Part shown: piece by piece, positions 23,231 to 35,017 of the stretch | How positions within the stretch are numbered: the first letter of the stretch is position 1 | Layout of the letters: the number at the start of each line of letters is the position of its first letter | NCBI RefSeq assembly: GCF_003334405.1 | Contig: NZ_QOWM01000001.1 | Strand: one strand, 5' to 3' | Length of the DNA: 64,000 nucleotides | Source of the DNA: Escherichia coli | Lineage (GTDB): Bacteria > Pseudomonadota > Gammaproteobacteria > Enterobacterales > Enterobacteriaceae | Notes under the pieces: model-generated | What the model was told of the DNA's origin: nothing | The model's input: only the letters and a program-made list of their open reading frames with translations | Databases searched by the model: none | Translations under genes and position numbers: made by a program

Positions 23231-23906
23231 TATTCGTGAAGCACACGCGCGCGGCGAACAGGCAATGTCCGTGGTTCTGCGCGCCAGCATTATTACCCCG
23301 GAAGCCCGTGAAGTGGCGGATCTACTGGGTTTTACCATCACCGAATGTGATGAATCGATCCCGGTAACGGCGTCCGTGCCCGCCAGCGTGCCAGCCGACA
23401 AAACCGAAAGCCAGCGCATCCGCGAAACCATCATTGCCCAGCTGCCGGAAGGCCAGTTTACCGAAAGCCTGGTCGCACAGCTGATGGAAAAAGTGATGAA
23501 GGAAAAACAGTCGCTGGAGCAGGGCGCAATGCAGCCGAGCTTCAAATCGGTGACCGGCAAAGGCGGCATCAAAGTGATTGATGGCAGTAGCGTCAAGTTT
23601 GGTCGTTTCGACGGCGCAGAGCCGCATTGCGTGGGCTTGACTGATCTTGTGACCGGAGACGACGGCAGCAGCATGGCCGCCGGTTTTATGCAGTGGGAGA
23701 ACGCATTCTTCCCGTGGACCCTGAACTACGACGAAATCGACATGGTGCTGGAAGGGGAGCTGCATGTTCGCCACGAAGGCCAAACCATGATCGCCAAAGC
23801 AGGCGACGTGATGTTTATCCCGAAAGGCTCCAGCATCGAATTTGGTACGACATCCAGCGTGAAATTCCTGTATGTCGCCTGGCCGGCTAACTGGCAATCC
23901 CTATGA
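23205..23906 (+). CDS. eutQ: Cupin-fold protein EutQ
   Basis: 233-aa ORF with a GTG start preceded by aggagg; overlaps the eutP 3' end by 26 nt. Confidence 0.9.
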   Translation: MKKLITANDIREAHARGEQAMSVVLRASIITPEAREVADLLGFTITECDESIPVTASVPASVPADKTESQRIRETIIAQLPEGQFTESLVAQLMEKVMKEKQSLEQGAMQPSFKSVTGKGGIKVIDGSSVKFGRFDGAEPHCVGLTDLVTGDDGSSMAAGFMQWENAFFPWTLNYDEIDMVLEGELHVRHEGQTMIAKAGDVMFIPKGSSIEFGTTSSVKFLYVAWPANWQSL

Positions 23907-24706
23907 AAGATTTCATCACCGAAGCATGGCTAAGAGCGAACCATACGCTCAGCGAAGGCGCAGAGATCCATCTCCCTGCGGACAGTCGCCTGACGCCCTC
24001 TGCCCGGGAGTTGCTGGAAAGCCGCCATCTGCGCATCAAGTTTATTGACGAGCAGGGCCGCCTGTTTGTTGACGATGAACAGCAGCAGCCGCAGCCCGTT
24101 CATGGGCTGACCAGTAGCGATGAACATCCGCAGGCGTGCTGCGAACTGTGTCGCCAGCCGGTGGCAAAAAAGCCGGATACGCTGACTCACCTGTCGGCGG
24201 AAAAAATGGTCGCCAAAAGCGATCCGCGTCTGGGTTTTCGCGCGGTTCTCGACAGCACCATTGCGCTGGCAGTGTGGCTGCAAATTGAACTGGCGGAACC
24301 GTGGCAGCCGTGGCTGGCGGATATCCGTTCGCGTCTTGGCAACATTATGCGCGCCGATGCGCTGGGGGAACCGCTGGGCTGCCAGGCGATTGTCGGGCTT
24401 TCTGACGAAGATCTGCATCGGCTTTCTCATCAGCCGCTGCGCTATCTCGACCACGATCATCTGGTGCCGGAAGCCAGCCACGGGCGCGATGCTGCGTTGC
24501 TCAATCTGCTACGCACCAAAGTGCGGGAAACCGAAACCGTAGCGGCGCAGGTCTTTATCACCCGCAGCTTTGAAGTATTACGCCCGGACATTTTGCAGGC
24601 GCTGAACCGCCTTTCGAGCACGGTCTACGTGATGATGATCCTGAGCGTAACGAAGCAGCCGCTAACGGTGAAGCAGATCCAACAACGACTGGGGGAAACG
24701 CAATGA
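23903..24706 (+). CDS. eutT: Cobalamin adenosyltransferase EutT
   Basis: 267-aa ORF; its start overlaps the eutQ stop (ATGA). Confidence 0.9.
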
Positions 24707-25719
24707 TTATTGAACGTTGTCGTGAACTGGCGTTGCGAGCGCCCGCCAGAGTGGTTTTTCCGGATGCGTTAGACCAACGTGTGCTGAAAGCCGCGCAATA
24801 TTTACATCAACAAGGTCTGGCAACGCCCATTCTGGTCGCCAATCCGTTTGAACTTCGTCAGTTTGCGCTCAGTCACGGCGTGGCGATGGACGGGCTACAG
24901 GTGATTGATCCGCATGGCAACCTCGCAATGCGGGAAGAATTTGCTCATCGCTGGCTGGCCCGCGCGGGCGAAAAAACGCCGCCGGATGCGCTGGAAAAAC
25001 TTACCGACCCTCTGATGTTCGCCGCAGCAATGGTCAGCGCCGGTAAAGCGGATGTCTGTATCGCGGGCAACCTCTCTTCCACGGCAAATGTGCTGCGTGC
25101 CGGATTACGCATTATCGGCTTGCAGCCAGGCTGTAAAACGCTCTCTTCCATTTTCCTGATGTTGCCACAGTACAGCGGCCCGGCGTTGGGCTTTGCCGAT
25201 TGCAGCGTGGTGCCACAGCCGACGGCGGCGCAGCTGGCGGATATCGCGCTTGCCAGTGCCGAAACCTGGCGCGCCATCACCGGAGAAGAGCCGCGCGTGG
25301 CGATGCTGTCGTTTTCCAGCAATGGTAGCGCCCGTCACCCCTGTGTTGCTAACGTCCAGCAGGCGACAGAAATCGTCCGTGAGCGCGCACCAAAGCTGGT
25401 GGTGGATGGCGAGTTACAGTTTGACGCCGCCTTCGTGCCGGAAGTGGCGGCGCAAAAAGCGCCTGCCAGCCCGCTACAGGGCAAGGCCAATGTGATGGTT
25501 TTTCCGTCGCTGGAAGCCGGAAATATTGGTTACAAAATCGCACAACGACTCGGCGGATATCGTGCCGTCGGGCCACTGATACAAGGACTTGCCGCGCCGA
25601 TGCACGATCTCTCTCGTGGTTGTAGCGTGCAGGAAATTATCGAGCTGGCGCTGGTGGCAGCTGTGCCGCGTCAGACAGAAGTGAACCGCGAAAGCAGTTT
25701 ACAAACACTGGTTGAATGA
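24703..25719 (+). CDS. eutD: Phosphotransacetylase EutD
   Basis: 338-aa PTA-family ORF; its start overlaps the eutT stop. Confidence 0.9.
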
Positions 25720-25757
25720 ACGGTCCCGTTCTGGACCCTGATAAAGAGGAAAGCACA

Positions 25758-26051
25758 ATGGAAGCATTAGGAATGATCGAAACCCGGGGCCTGGTTGCAC
25801 TGATTGAGGCTTCTGACGCGATGGTGAAAGCTGCGCGCGTCAAGCTGGTTGGTGTTAAGCAGATTGGCGGCGGCCTGTGTACTGCCATGGTTCGTGGTGA
25901 TGTTGCAGCCTGTAAAGCCGCGACCGATGCAGGTGCCGCAGCGGCACAGCGTATCGGCGAGCTGGTATCTGTACACGTTATCCCGCGTCCGCACGGCGAC
26001 CTGGAAGAAGTCTTCCCGATCGGCCTGAAAGGCGATAGCAGCAACCTGTAA
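25758..26051 (+). CDS. eutM: Microcompartment shell protein EutM
   Basis: BMC-domain product [28 protein letters not shown]...; start set at the internal ATG. Confidence 0.9.
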   Translation: MEALGMIETRGLVALIEASDAMVKAARVKLVGVKQIGGGLCTAMVRGDVAACKAATDAGAAAAQRIGELVSVHVIPRPHGDLEEVFPIGLKGDSSNL

Positions 26052-26157
26052 TCACCCTGTGTGACGTCGATTCGGGCGTCACGCTCTCTCCTTTTTCATT
26101 TTACCTTCTGCGGAGGGTAGGGGGAGCTTTTACCTGAAATACGCCACGGAGGCGGGT

Positions 26158-26445
26158 ATGAAACTGGCAGTCGTCACTGGACAAATTGTTTGTACCGTAC
26201 GCCATCACGGACTGGCGCATGACAAATTGCTGATGGTGGAAATGATTGATCCACAAGGTAATCCTGACGGGCAATGCGCCGTCGCCATCGACAATATTGG
26301 CGCGGGAACCGGGGAGTGGGTGTTACTGGTGAGTGGCAGTTCCGCCCGCCAGGCGCATAAAAGCGAAACGTCACCGGTCGATCTGTGCGTGATTGGCATT
26401 GTCGATGAGGTGGTGTCTGGCGGTCAGGTAATTTTCCACAAATAA
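26158..26445 (+). CDS. eutN: Microcompartment vertex protein EutN
   Basis: 95-aa product MKLAVVTGQIVCTVRHHGL... (EutN/CcmL family). Confidence 0.9.
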   Translation: MKLAVVTGQIVCTVRHHGLAHDKLLMVEMIDPQGNPDGQCAVAIDNIGAGTGEWVLLVSGSSARQAHKSETSPVDLCVIGIVDEVVSGGQVIFHK

Positions 26446-26456
26446 GGCAGAACATC

Positions 26457-27860
26457 ATGAATCAACAGGATATTGAACAGGTGGTGAAAGCGGTACTGCT
26501 GAAAATGCAAAGCAGTGACACGCCGTCCGCCGCCGTTCATGAGATGGGCGTTTTCGCGTCCCTGGATGACGCCGTTGCGGCAGCCAAAGTCGCCCAGCAA
26601 GGGTTAAAAAGCGTGGCAATGCGCCAGTTAGCCATTGCTGCCATTCGTGAAGCAGGCGAAAAACACGCCAGAGATTTAGCGGAACTTGCCGTCAGTGAAA
26701 CCGGCATGGGGCGCGTTGAAGATAAATTTGCAAAAAACGTCGCTCAGGCGCGCGGCACACCAGGCGTTGAGTGCCTCTCTCCGCAAGTGCTGACTGGCGA
26801 CAACGGCCTGACCCTAATTGAAAACGCACCCTGGGGCGTGGTGGCTTCGGTGACGCCTTCCACTAACCCGGCGGCAACCGTAATTAACAACGCCATCAGC
26901 CTGATTGCCGCGGGCAACAGCGTCATTTTTGCCCCGCATCCGGCGGCGAAAAAAGTCTCCCAGCGGGCGATTACGCTGCTCAACCAGGCGATTGTTGCCG
27001 CAGGTGGGCCGGAAAACTTACTGGTTACTGTGGCAAATCCGGATATCGAAACCGCGCAACGCTTGTTCAAGTTTCCGGGTATCGGCCTGCTGGTGGTAAC
27101 CGGCGGCGAAGCGGTAGTAGAAGCGGCGCGTAAACACACCAATAAACGTCTGATTGCCGCAGGCGCTGGCAACCCGCCGGTAGTGGTGGATGAAACCGCC
27201 GACCTCGCCCGTGCCGCTCAGTCCATCGTCAAAGGCGCTTCTTTCGATAACAACATCATTTGTGCCGACGAAAAGGTACTGATTGTTGTTGATAGCGTAG
27301 CCGATGAACTGATGCGTCTGATGGAAGGCCAGCACGCGGTGAAACTGACCGCAGAACAGGCGCAGCAGCTGCAACCGGTGTTGCTGAAAAATATCGACGA
27401 GCGCGGAAAAGGCACCGTCAGCCGTGACTGGGTTGGTCGCGACGCAGGCAAAATCGCGGCGGCAATCGGCCTTAAAGTTCCGCAAGAAACGCGCCTGCTG
27501 TTTGTGGAAACCACCGCAGAACATCCGTTTGCCGTGACTGAACTGATGATGCCGGTGTTGCCCGTCGTGCGCGTCGCCAACGTGGCGGATGCCATTGCGC
27601 TAGCGGTGAAACTGGAAGGCGGTTGCCACCACACGGCGGCAATGCACTCGCGCAACATCGAAAACATGAACCAGATGGCGAATGCTATTGATACCAGCAT
27701 TTTCGTTAAGAACGGACCGTGCATTGCCGGGCTGGGGCTGGGCGGGGAAGGCTGGACCACCATGACCATCACCACGCCAACCGGTGAAGGGGTAACCAGC
27801 GCGCGTACGTTTGTCCGTCTGCGTCGCTGTGTATTAGTCGATGCGTTTCGCATTGTTTAA
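26457..27860 (+). CDS. eutE: CoA-acylating acetaldehyde dehydrogenase EutE
   Basis: 467-aa aldehyde dehydrogenase-family ORF. Confidence 0.95.
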   Translation: MNQQDIEQVVKAVLLKMQSSDTPSAAVHEMGVFASLDDAVAAAKVAQQGLKSVAMRQLAIAAIREAGEKHARDLAELAVSETGMGRVEDKFAKNVAQARGTPGVECLSPQVLTGDNGLTLIENAPWGVVASVTPSTNPAATVINNAISLIAAGNSVIFAPHPAAKKVSQRAITLLNQAIVAAGGPENLLVTVANPDIETAQRLFKFPGIGLLVVTGGEAVVEAARKHTNKRLIAAGAGNPPVVVDETADLARAAQSIVKGASFDNNIICADEKVLIVVDSVADELMRLMEGQHAVKLTAEQAQQLQPVLLKNIDERGKGTVSRDWVGRDAGKIAAAIGLKVPQETRLLFVETTAEHPFAVTELMMPVLPVVRVANVADAIALAVKLEGGCHHTAAMHSRNIENMNQMANAIDTSIFVKNGPCIAGLGLGGEGWTTMTITTPTGEGVTSARTFVRLRRCVLVDAFRIV

Positions 27861-27870
27861 GGAGTAACAG

Positions 27871-28707
27871 ATGGCGCACGACGAACAATGGCTCACCCCA
27901 CGTCTGCAAACGGCGGCAACGCTGTGTAACCAGACGCCCGCCGCGACGGAATCTCCGCTGTGGCTGGGGGTGGATCTGGGCACCTGCGATGTGGTGTCGA
28001 TGGTTGTCGACCGCGACGGTCAGCCAGTGGCGGTATGCCTCGACTGGGCCGATGTGGTTCGCGACGGCATCGTCTGGGATTTCTTCGGCGCTGTCACCAT
28101 TGTTCGTCGCCATCTCGACACGCTCGAGCAGCAATTCGGTCGTCGTTTTAGCCATGCGGCGACTTCATTTCCTCCAGGTACGGACCCGCGTATTTCCATC
28201 AACGTGCTGGAATCTGCCGGACTGGAAGTGAGCCATGTGCTGGATGAGCCAACCGCAGTTGCGGATCTGCTGCAACTGGACAACGCCGGTGTAGTGGATA
28301 TCGGCGGCGGCACTACCGGCATTGCCATCGTGAAAAAGGGCAAGGTGACGTACTCGGCGGATGAAGCCACCGGCGGACATCACATCTCTCTGACTCTCGC
28401 CGGAAATCGCCGTATTTCGCTGGAAGAGGCGGAGCAGTACAAGCGCGGTCACGGTGAAGAGATTTGGCCTGCGGTGAAACCGGTGTACGAAAAAATGGCG
28501 GACATTGTCGCCCGGCATATTGAAGGGCAGGGCATTACTGATTTATGGCTGGCGGGCGGCTCTTGTATGCAACCGGGCGTGGCGGAACTGTTTCGCAAAC
28601 AATTCCCGGCGTTACAGGTGCATTTACCGCAGCACAGTTTGTTTATGACCCCGCTGGCGATCGCCAGTAGTGGGCGAGAGAAAGCGGAGGGGCTATATGC
28701 AAAATGA
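27871..28707 (+). CDS. eutJ: Actin/Hsp70-fold chaperone-like protein EutJ
   Basis: 278-aa ORF with DLGT and GGGTTG ATPase motifs. Confidence 0.9.
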   Translation: MAHDEQWLTPRLQTAATLCNQTPAATESPLWLGVDLGTCDVVSMVVDRDGQPVAVCLDWADVVRDGIVWDFFGAVTIVRRHLDTLEQQFGRRFSHAATSFPPGTDPRISINVLESAGLEVSHVLDEPTAVADLLQLDNAGVVDIGGGTTGIAIVKKGKVTYSADEATGGHHISLTLAGNRRISLEEAEQYKRGHGEEIWPAVKPVYEKMADIVARHIEGQGITDLWLAGGSCMQPGVAELFRKQFPALQVHLPQHSLFMTPLAIASSGREKAEGLYAK

Positions 28708-29884
28708 ATTGCAGACCGCGCTCTTTCAGGCGTTCGATACCCTGAATCTGCAACGGGTAAAAACATTTAGCGTTCCACCGGTGACGCTTTGCGGTCCGGG
28801 CTCGGTGAGCAGTTGCGGACAGCAAGCGCAAACGCGTGGGCTGAAACATCTGTTCGTGATGGCAGACAGCTTTTTGCATCAGGCAGGGATGACCGCCGGG
28901 CTGACGCGTAGCCTGACCGTTAAAGGTATCGCCATGACGCTCTGGCCATGTCCGGTGGGCGAACCGTGCATTACCGACGTGTGTGCAGCCGTGGCGCAGT
29001 TGCGTGAGTCAGGCTGTGATGGGGTGATCGCGTTTGGCGGCGGCTCGGTGCTGGATGCGGCGAAAGCCGTGACGTTGCTGGTGACGAACCCGGATAGCAC
29101 GCTGGCAGAGATGTCAGAAACCAGCGTTCTGCAACCGCGCTTGCCGCTGATTGCCATTCCAACTACCGCCGGAACCGGCTCTGAAACCACCAATGTAACG
29201 GTGATTATCGACGCGGTGAGCGGGCGCAAGCAGGTGTTAGCCCATGCCTCGCTGATGCCGGATGTGGCGATCCTCGACGCCGCATTGACCGAAGGTGTGC
29301 CGTCGCATGTCACGGCGATGACCGGCATTGATGCGTTAACCCATGCCATTGAAGCATACAGCGCCCTGAACGCTACACCGTTTACCGACAGTCTGGCGAT
29401 TGGTGCCATTGCGATGATTGGCAAATCGCTGCCGAAAGCGGTGGGCTACGGTCACGACCTTGCCGCGCGCGAGAGCATGTTGCTGGCTTCATGTATGGCG
29501 GGAATGGCGTTTTCCAGTGCGGGTCTTGGGTTGTGCCACGCGATGGCGCATCAGCCGGGCGCGGCGCTGCATATTCCGCACGGTCTCGCGAACGCCATGT
29601 TGCTGCCAACGGTGATGGAATTTAACCGGATGGTTTGTCGTGAACGCTTTAGTCAGATTGGTCGGGCACTGCGAACTAAAAAATCCGACGATCGTGACGC
29701 TATTAACGCGGTAAGTGAGCTGATTGCGGAAGTTGGGATTGGTAAACGACTGGGCGATGTTGGTGCGACATCTGCGCATTACGGCGCATGGGCGCAGGCC
29801 GCGCTGGAAGATATTTGTCTGCGCAGTAACCCGCGTACCGCCAGCCTGGAGCAGATTGTCGGCCTGTACGCAGCGGCGCAATAA
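28697..29884 (+). CDS. eutG: Iron-containing alcohol dehydrogenase EutG
   Basis: Product MQNELQTALFQAFDTLNLQ...; ATG at 28697 overlapping the eutJ 3' end. Confidence 0.9.
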   Translation: MQNELQTALFQAFDTLNLQRVKTFSVPPVTLCGPGSVSSCGQQAQTRGLKHLFVMADSFLHQAGMTAGLTRSLTVKGIAMTLWPCPVGEPCITDVCAAVAQLRESGCDGVIAFGGGSVLDAAKAVTLLVTNPDSTLAEMSETSVLQPRLPLIAIPTTAGTGSETTNVTVIIDAVSGRKQVLAHASLMPDVAILDAALTEGVPSHVTAMTGIDALTHAIEAYSALNATPFTDSLAIGAIAMIGKSLPKAVGYGHDLAARESMLLASCMAGMAFSSAGLGLCHAMAHQPGAALHIPHGLANAMLLPTVMEFNRMVCRERFSQIGRALRTKKSDDRDAINAVSELIAEVGIGKRLGDVGATSAHYGAWAQAALEDICLRSNPRTASLEQIVGLYAAAQ

Positions 29885-29886
29885 AT

Positions 29887-30070
<184 letters not shown>

Positions 30071-30100
30071 ATAAATAACAACTAACAGGGAGTAAAGGCG

Positions 30101-31327
30101 ATGGGAATTAACGAAATCATCATGTACATCATGATGTTCTTTATGCTGATAGCTGCCGTAGACAGGATCCTGTCGCAGTTCGGCGGTTCTGCTCGTTTCC
30201 TCGGTAAGTTCGGTAAAAGTATCGAAGGATCAGGCGGTCAGTTCGAAGAAGGCTTTATGGCAATGGGCGCACTGGGCCTGGCGATGGTCGGTATGACCGC
30301 GCTGGCACCGGTACTGGCTCACGTTCTCGGGCCGGTAATTATTCCGGTTTACGAAATGCTCGGCGCTAACCCATCGATGTTCGCCGGAACACTGCTGGCG
30401 TGCGATATGGGCGGCTTCTTCCTCGCCAAAGAGCTGGCGGGCGGCGACGTAGCCGCGTGGCTATACTCTGGGTTAATTCTCGGGTCGATGATGGGGCCAA
30501 CGATTGTGTTTTCCATTCCGGTGGCGCTCGGCATTATCGAACCTTCTGACCGTCGTTATCTGGCGCTCGGCGTGCTGGCGGGCATTGTGACCATTCCGAT
30601 TGGTTGTATCGCTGGTGGTCTGGTTGCTATGTACTCCGGTGTGCAGATCAACGGCCAGCCGGTGGAATTCACTTTCGCCCTGATCCTGATGAACATGATC
30701 CCGGTGATCATTGTTGCGATTCTGGTGGCGCTGGGGCTGAAATTCATCCCGGAAAAAATGATCAACGGCTTCCAGATCTTCGCCAAATTCCTCGTTGCAT
30801 TGATCACCCTCGGTCTTGCCGCTGCGGTAGTGAAATTCCTGCTTGGCTGGGAACTGATCCCCGGTCTGGATCCTATCTTTATGGCCCCTGGCGATAAACC
30901 CGGTGAGGTGATGCGCGCCATTGAAGTTATCGGTTCTATCTCCTGCGTTCTGTTAGGGGCGTATCCGATGGTGCTGCTGCTGACTCGCTGGTTTGAAAAA
31001 CCGCTGATGAGCGTCGGTAAAGTACTGAATATGAACAACATCGCGGCAGCCGGCATGGTGGCAACGCTTGCCAACAACATCCCGATGTTCGGCATGATGA
31101 AGCAGATGGATACCCGCGGCAAAGTCATCAACTGCGCCTTCGCCGTTTCCGCTGCTTTCGCCCTAGGCGACCACTTAGGCTTCGCCGCTGCCAACATGAA
31201 CGCCATGATCTTCCCGATGATTGTCGGCAAGTTGATCGGCGGCGTAACGGCGATTGGCGTGGCGATGATGCTGGTGCCAAAAGAAGACGCGACCGCGACT
31301 AAAACCGAAGCGGAGGCACAATCGTGA
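30101..31327 (+). CDS. eutH: Ethanolamine permease EutH
   Basis: 408-aa polytopic membrane protein. Confidence 0.9.
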   Translation: MGINEIIMYIMMFFMLIAAVDRILSQFGGSARFLGKFGKSIEGSGGQFEEGFMAMGALGLAMVGMTALAPVLAHVLGPVIIPVYEMLGANPSMFAGTLLACDMGGFFLAKELAGGDVAAWLYSGLILGSMMGPTIVFSIPVALGIIEPSDRRYLALGVLAGIVTIPIGCIAGGLVAMYSGVQINGQPVEFTFALILMNMIPVIIVAILVALGLKFIPEKMINGFQIFAKFLVALITLGLAAAVVKFLLGWELIPGLDPIFMAPGDKPGEVMRAIEVIGSISCVLLGAYPMVLLLTRWFEKPLMSVGKVLNMNNIAAAGMVATLANNIPMFGMMKQMDTRGKVINCAFAVSAAFALGDHLGFAAANMNAMIFPMIVGKLIGGVTAIGVAMMLVPKEDATATKTEAEAQS

Positions 31328-32727
31328 ACACTCGCCAGCTATTGAGCGTCGGTATCGATATCGGCACCACCACCACCCAGGTGATTTTCTCCCGGCTGGA
31401 GCTGGTTAACCGTGCGGCGGTGTCGCAGGTGCCGCGCTACGAATTCATTAAACGCGAAATTAGCTGGCAAAGTCCGGTGTTCTTTACCCCTGTCGATAAA
31501 CAGGGCGGTTTAAAAGAAGCGGAACTGAAAACCTTAATACTCGAGCAATATCATGCTGCGGGTATTGAGCCGGAAAGCGTTGATTCTGGTGCCATCATCA
31601 TCACCGGTGAAAGCGCGAAAACCCGCAATGCTCGCCCGGCGGTGATGGCGCTCTCTCAGTCGCTGGGCGATTTTGTCGTTGCCAGCGCCGGGCCGCACCT
31701 CGAATCCGTGATCGCCGGTCACGGAGCCGGGGCACAAACCCTTTCTGAACAACGGCTGTGTCGGGTACTGAATATCGACATCGGCGGTGGCACCGCGAAC
31801 TACGCCCTGTTCGATGCCGGAAAAATCAGCGGCACTGCCTGCCTCAACGTCGGTGGTCGCCTGCTGGAAACCGACAGCCACGGGCGCGTGGTTTACGCTC
31901 ATAAACCGGGGCAGATGATTGTGGATGAGTGCTTCGGTGCAGGCACCGACGCCCGTTCGCTGACCGGCGCGCAGCTGGTGCAGGTGACCCGGCGGATGGC
32001 AGAACTGATTGTCGAAGTGATTGACGGAACGCTCTCACCGCTCGCGCAGGCATTGATGCAAACCGGTTTGCTGCCCGCAGGTGTTACGCCCGAAATCATT
32101 ACGCTTTCTGGCGGCGTGGGCGAATGTTATCGCCACCAGCCCGCCGACCCGTTCTGTTTTGCCGATATTGGCCCGCTGCTGGCAACTGCGCTGCATGACC
32201 ATCCGCGCCTGCGTGAGATGAACGTACAGTTTCCGGCGCAAACCGTGCGCGCCACGGTGATTGGCGCGGGCGCGCATACCCTTTCGCTCTCTGGCAGCAC
32301 AATCTGGCTTGAGGGCGTACAACTGCCGCTGCGCAATTTGCCGGTGGCGATCCCGATTGATGAAACGGATCTGGTGGGGGCCTGGCAACAGGCGCTGATT
32401 CAGCTGGATCTTGATCCCAAAACTGACGCGTACGTGCTGGCGCTTCCCGCCTCGCTGCCTGTGCGTTACGCCGCGGTACTGACGGTCATCAACGCGTTGG
32501 TCGATTTCGTCGCGCGTTTTCCGAATCCGCATCCCCTGCTGGTGGTGGCCGGGCAGGACTTTGGTAAAGCTCTGGGCATGTTGTTGCGCCCACAGCTACA
32601 ACAACTCCCGTTGGCAGTCATTGACGAAGTGATTGTCCGCGCGGGGGACTATATCGACATTGGTACGCCTCTTTTTGGCGGATCGGTTGTGCCGGTGACG
32701 GTGAAATCACTCGCATTTCCTTCCTGA
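31324..32727 (+). CDS. eutA: Ethanolamine ammonia-lyase reactivase EutA
   Basis: 467-aa ORF with a GTG start overlapping the eutH stop; product MNTRQLLSVGIDIGTTTTQ... Confidence 0.9.
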   Translation: MNTRQLLSVGIDIGTTTTQVIFSRLELVNRAAVSQVPRYEFIKREISWQSPVFFTPVDKQGGLKEAELKTLILEQYHAAGIEPESVDSGAIIITGESAKTRNARPAVMALSQSLGDFVVASAGPHLESVIAGHGAGAQTLSEQRLCRVLNIDIGGGTANYALFDAGKISGTACLNVGGRLLETDSHGRVVYAHKPGQMIVDECFGAGTDARSLTGAQLVQVTRRMAELIVEVIDGTLSPLAQALMQTGLLPAGVTPEIITLSGGVGECYRHQPADPFCFADIGPLLATALHDHPRLREMNVQFPAQTVRATVIGAGAHTLSLSGSTIWLEGVQLPLRNLPVAIPIDETDLVGAWQQALIQLDLDPKTDAYVLALPASLPVRYAAVLTVINALVDFVARFPNPHPLLVVAGQDFGKALGMLLRPQLQQLPLAVIDEVIVRAGDYIDIGTPLFGGSVVPVTVKSLAFPS

Positions 32728-32738
32728 GGGAACGACTT

Positions 32739-34100
32739 ATGAAACTAAAGACCACATTGTTCGGCAATGTATATCAGTTTAAGGATGTAAAAGAGGTGCT
32801 GGCTAAAGCCAACGAACTGCGTTCGGGGGATGTGCTGGCGGGCGTCGCAGCGGCAAGCTCACAGGAGCGCGTGGCGGCAAAGCAGGTGTTGTCGGAAATG
32901 ACCGTAGCGGACATCCGCAATAATCCGGTGATTGCCTATGAAGATGACTGCGTGACGCGGCTGATTCAGGACGATGTTAACGAAACGGCCTACAACCAGA
33001 TTAAAAACTGGAGCATCAGCGAACTGCGTGAGTATGTGCTGAGCGATGAAACCAGCGTGGACGACATTGCCTTTACCCGCAAAGGGCTGACCTCGGAAGT
33101 GGTCGCGGCGGTAGCGAAGATTTGCTCCAACGCGGACCTGATCTACGGCGCGAAGAAAATGCCGGTAATCAAAAAGGCCAATACCACCATCGGTATTCCG
33201 GGCACCTTTAGCGCCCGTTTGCAGCCAAATGACACCCGTGACGACGTGCAAAGTATCGCCGCGCAAATCTACGAAGGGCTTTCCTTCGGGGTGGGCGATG
33301 CGGTGATCGGCGTTAACCCGGTGACTGACGACGTGGAAAACTTAAGCCGCGTGTTGGATACCATCTATGGCGTGATCGACAAATTCAACATCCCAACTCA
33401 GGGCTGTGTACTGGCGCACGTCACCACCCAGATCGAAGCGATCCGTCGTGGCGCACCGGGCGGGCTGATTTTCCAGAGTATCTGTGGCAGCGAAAAAGGG
33501 CTGAAAGAGTTTGGCGTGGAGCTGGCGATGCTCGACGAAGCGCGCGCAGTGGGCGCGGAGTTCAACCGTATCGCCGGGGAAAACTGCCTCTACTTCGAAA
33601 CCGGACAAGGCTCTGCGCTATCCGCTGGCGCTAACTTCGGCGCAGACCAGGTAACGATGGAAGCACGTAACTACGGGCTGGCGCGTCATTACGATCCGTT
33701 TATCGTCAACACCGTGGTCGGCTTTATTGGGCCGGAGTATCTCTACAACGACCGCCAGATTATCCGTGCTGGCTTAGAAGATCACTTTATGGGCAAGCTG
33801 AGCGGCATCTCTATGGGCTGTGACTGCTGTTATACCAACCACGCTGACGCTGACCAGAACCTCAACGAAAACCTGATGATCCTGCTCGCCACCGCAGGCT
33901 GCAACTACATCATGGGGATGCCGCTGGGTGATGACATCATGCTCAACTACCAGACCACCGCATTCCACGATACCGCCACTGTGCGTCAGTTACTCAACCT
34001 GCGCCCGTCACCGGAGTTTGAACGCTGGCTGGAAAGCATGGGCATTATGGCAAACGGTCGCCTGACCAAACGGGCGGGCGATCCGTCACTGTTCTTCTGA
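32739..34100 (+). CDS. eutB: Ethanolamine ammonia-lyase large subunit EutB
   Basis: 453-aa ORF starting 11 bp after the eutA stop, with no intervening insertion. Confidence 0.95.
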   Translation: MKLKTTLFGNVYQFKDVKEVLAKANELRSGDVLAGVAAASSQERVAAKQVLSEMTVADIRNNPVIAYEDDCVTRLIQDDVNETAYNQIKNWSISELREYVLSDETSVDDIAFTRKGLTSEVVAAVAKICSNADLIYGAKKMPVIKKANTTIGIPGTFSARLQPNDTRDDVQSIAAQIYEGLSFGVGDAVIGVNPVTDDVENLSRVLDTIYGVIDKFNIPTQGCVLAHVTTQIEAIRRGAPGGLIFQSICGSEKGLKEFGVELAMLDEARAVGAEFNRIAGENCLYFETGQGSALSAGANFGADQVTMEARNYGLARHYDPFIVNTVVGFIGPEYLYNDRQIIRAGLEDHFMGKLSGISMGCDCCYTNHADADQNLNENLMILLATAGCNYIMGMPLGDDIMLNYQTTAFHDTATVRQLLNLRPSPEFERWLESMGIMANGRLTKRAGDPSLFF

Positions 34101-34120
34101 TGACGCGGAGATAACATATC

Positions 34121-35008
34121 ATGGATCAAAAACAGATTGAAGAAATTGTACGCAGCGTGATGGCGTCAATGGGACAAGCGGCCCCCGCGCCGTCAGAAGC
34201 AAAGTGCGCCACCACCAACTGTGCGGCACCGGTGACCTCGGAAAGCTGTGCGCTGGATTTAGGTTCCGCTGAAGCAAAAGCGTGGATTGGTGTTGAAAAT
34301 CCGCATCGCGCAGACGTATTAACAAAACTGCGCCGCAGCACCGTGGCCCGCGTTTGTACCGGTCGTGCCGGTCCGCGTCCACGTACGCAGGCGCTGCTGC
34401 GTTTCCTGGCCGATCACTCTCGTTCGAAAGATACCGTACTGAAAGAAGTGCCGGAAGAGTGGGTGAAAGCGCAGGGCTTGCTGGAAGTACGCTCTGAAAT
34501 TAGCGACAAAAATCTCTACCTGACTCGCCCGGATATGGGCCGCCGCCTGTGTGCAGAAGCTGTTGAAGCGCTGAAAGCGCAGTGTGTTGCCAATCCGGAC
34601 GTACAGGTCGTTATTTCTGATGGCCTGTCAACTGATGCGATCACCGTGAACTACGAAGAGATCCTGCCACCGCTGATGGCGGGCCTGAAACAGGCCGGGC
34701 TGAAAGTCGGTACACCATTCTTTGTTCGTTATGGTCGCGTGAAGATTGAAGATCAGATCGGTGAGATCCTCGGCGCGAAAGTAGTGATCCTGCTGGTGGG
34801 CGAACGTCCGGGGTTGGGTCAGTCAGAAAGCCTCTCCTGCTACGCCGTTTACTCGCCGCGTATGGCGACCACCGTTGAGGCCGATCGCACCTGTATCTCT
34901 AACATTCACCAGGGCGGCACGCCGCCGGTTGAAGCCGCAGCCGTCATTGTGGATTTGGCGAAACGTATGCTGGAGCAGAAAGCATCCGGCATCAACATGA
35001 CCCGATAA
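34121..35008 (+). CDS. eutC: Ethanolamine ammonia-lyase small subunit EutC
   Basis: 295-aa ORF. Confidence 0.95.
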   Translation: MDQKQIEEIVRSVMASMGQAAPAPSEAKCATTNCAAPVTSESCALDLGSAEAKAWIGVENPHRADVLTKLRRSTVARVCTGRAGPRPRTQALLRFLADHSRSKDTVLKEVPEEWVKAQGLLEVRSEISDKNLYLTRPDMGRRLCAEAVEALKAQCVANPDVQVVISDGLSTDAITVNYEEILPPLMAGLKQAGLKVGTPFFVRYGRVKIEDQIGEILGAKVVILLVGERPGLGQSESLSCYAVYSPRMATTVEADRTCISNIHQGGTPPVEAAAVIVDLAKRMLEQKASGINMTR

Positions 35009-35017
35009 GGAGGCATC

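Noticed and set aside
32727-32739. Expected prophage (CPZ-55-like) or other mobile element between eutA and eutB
   Set aside because: The two genes are separated by only 11 bp; there is no integrase or phage ORF anywhere in the window.
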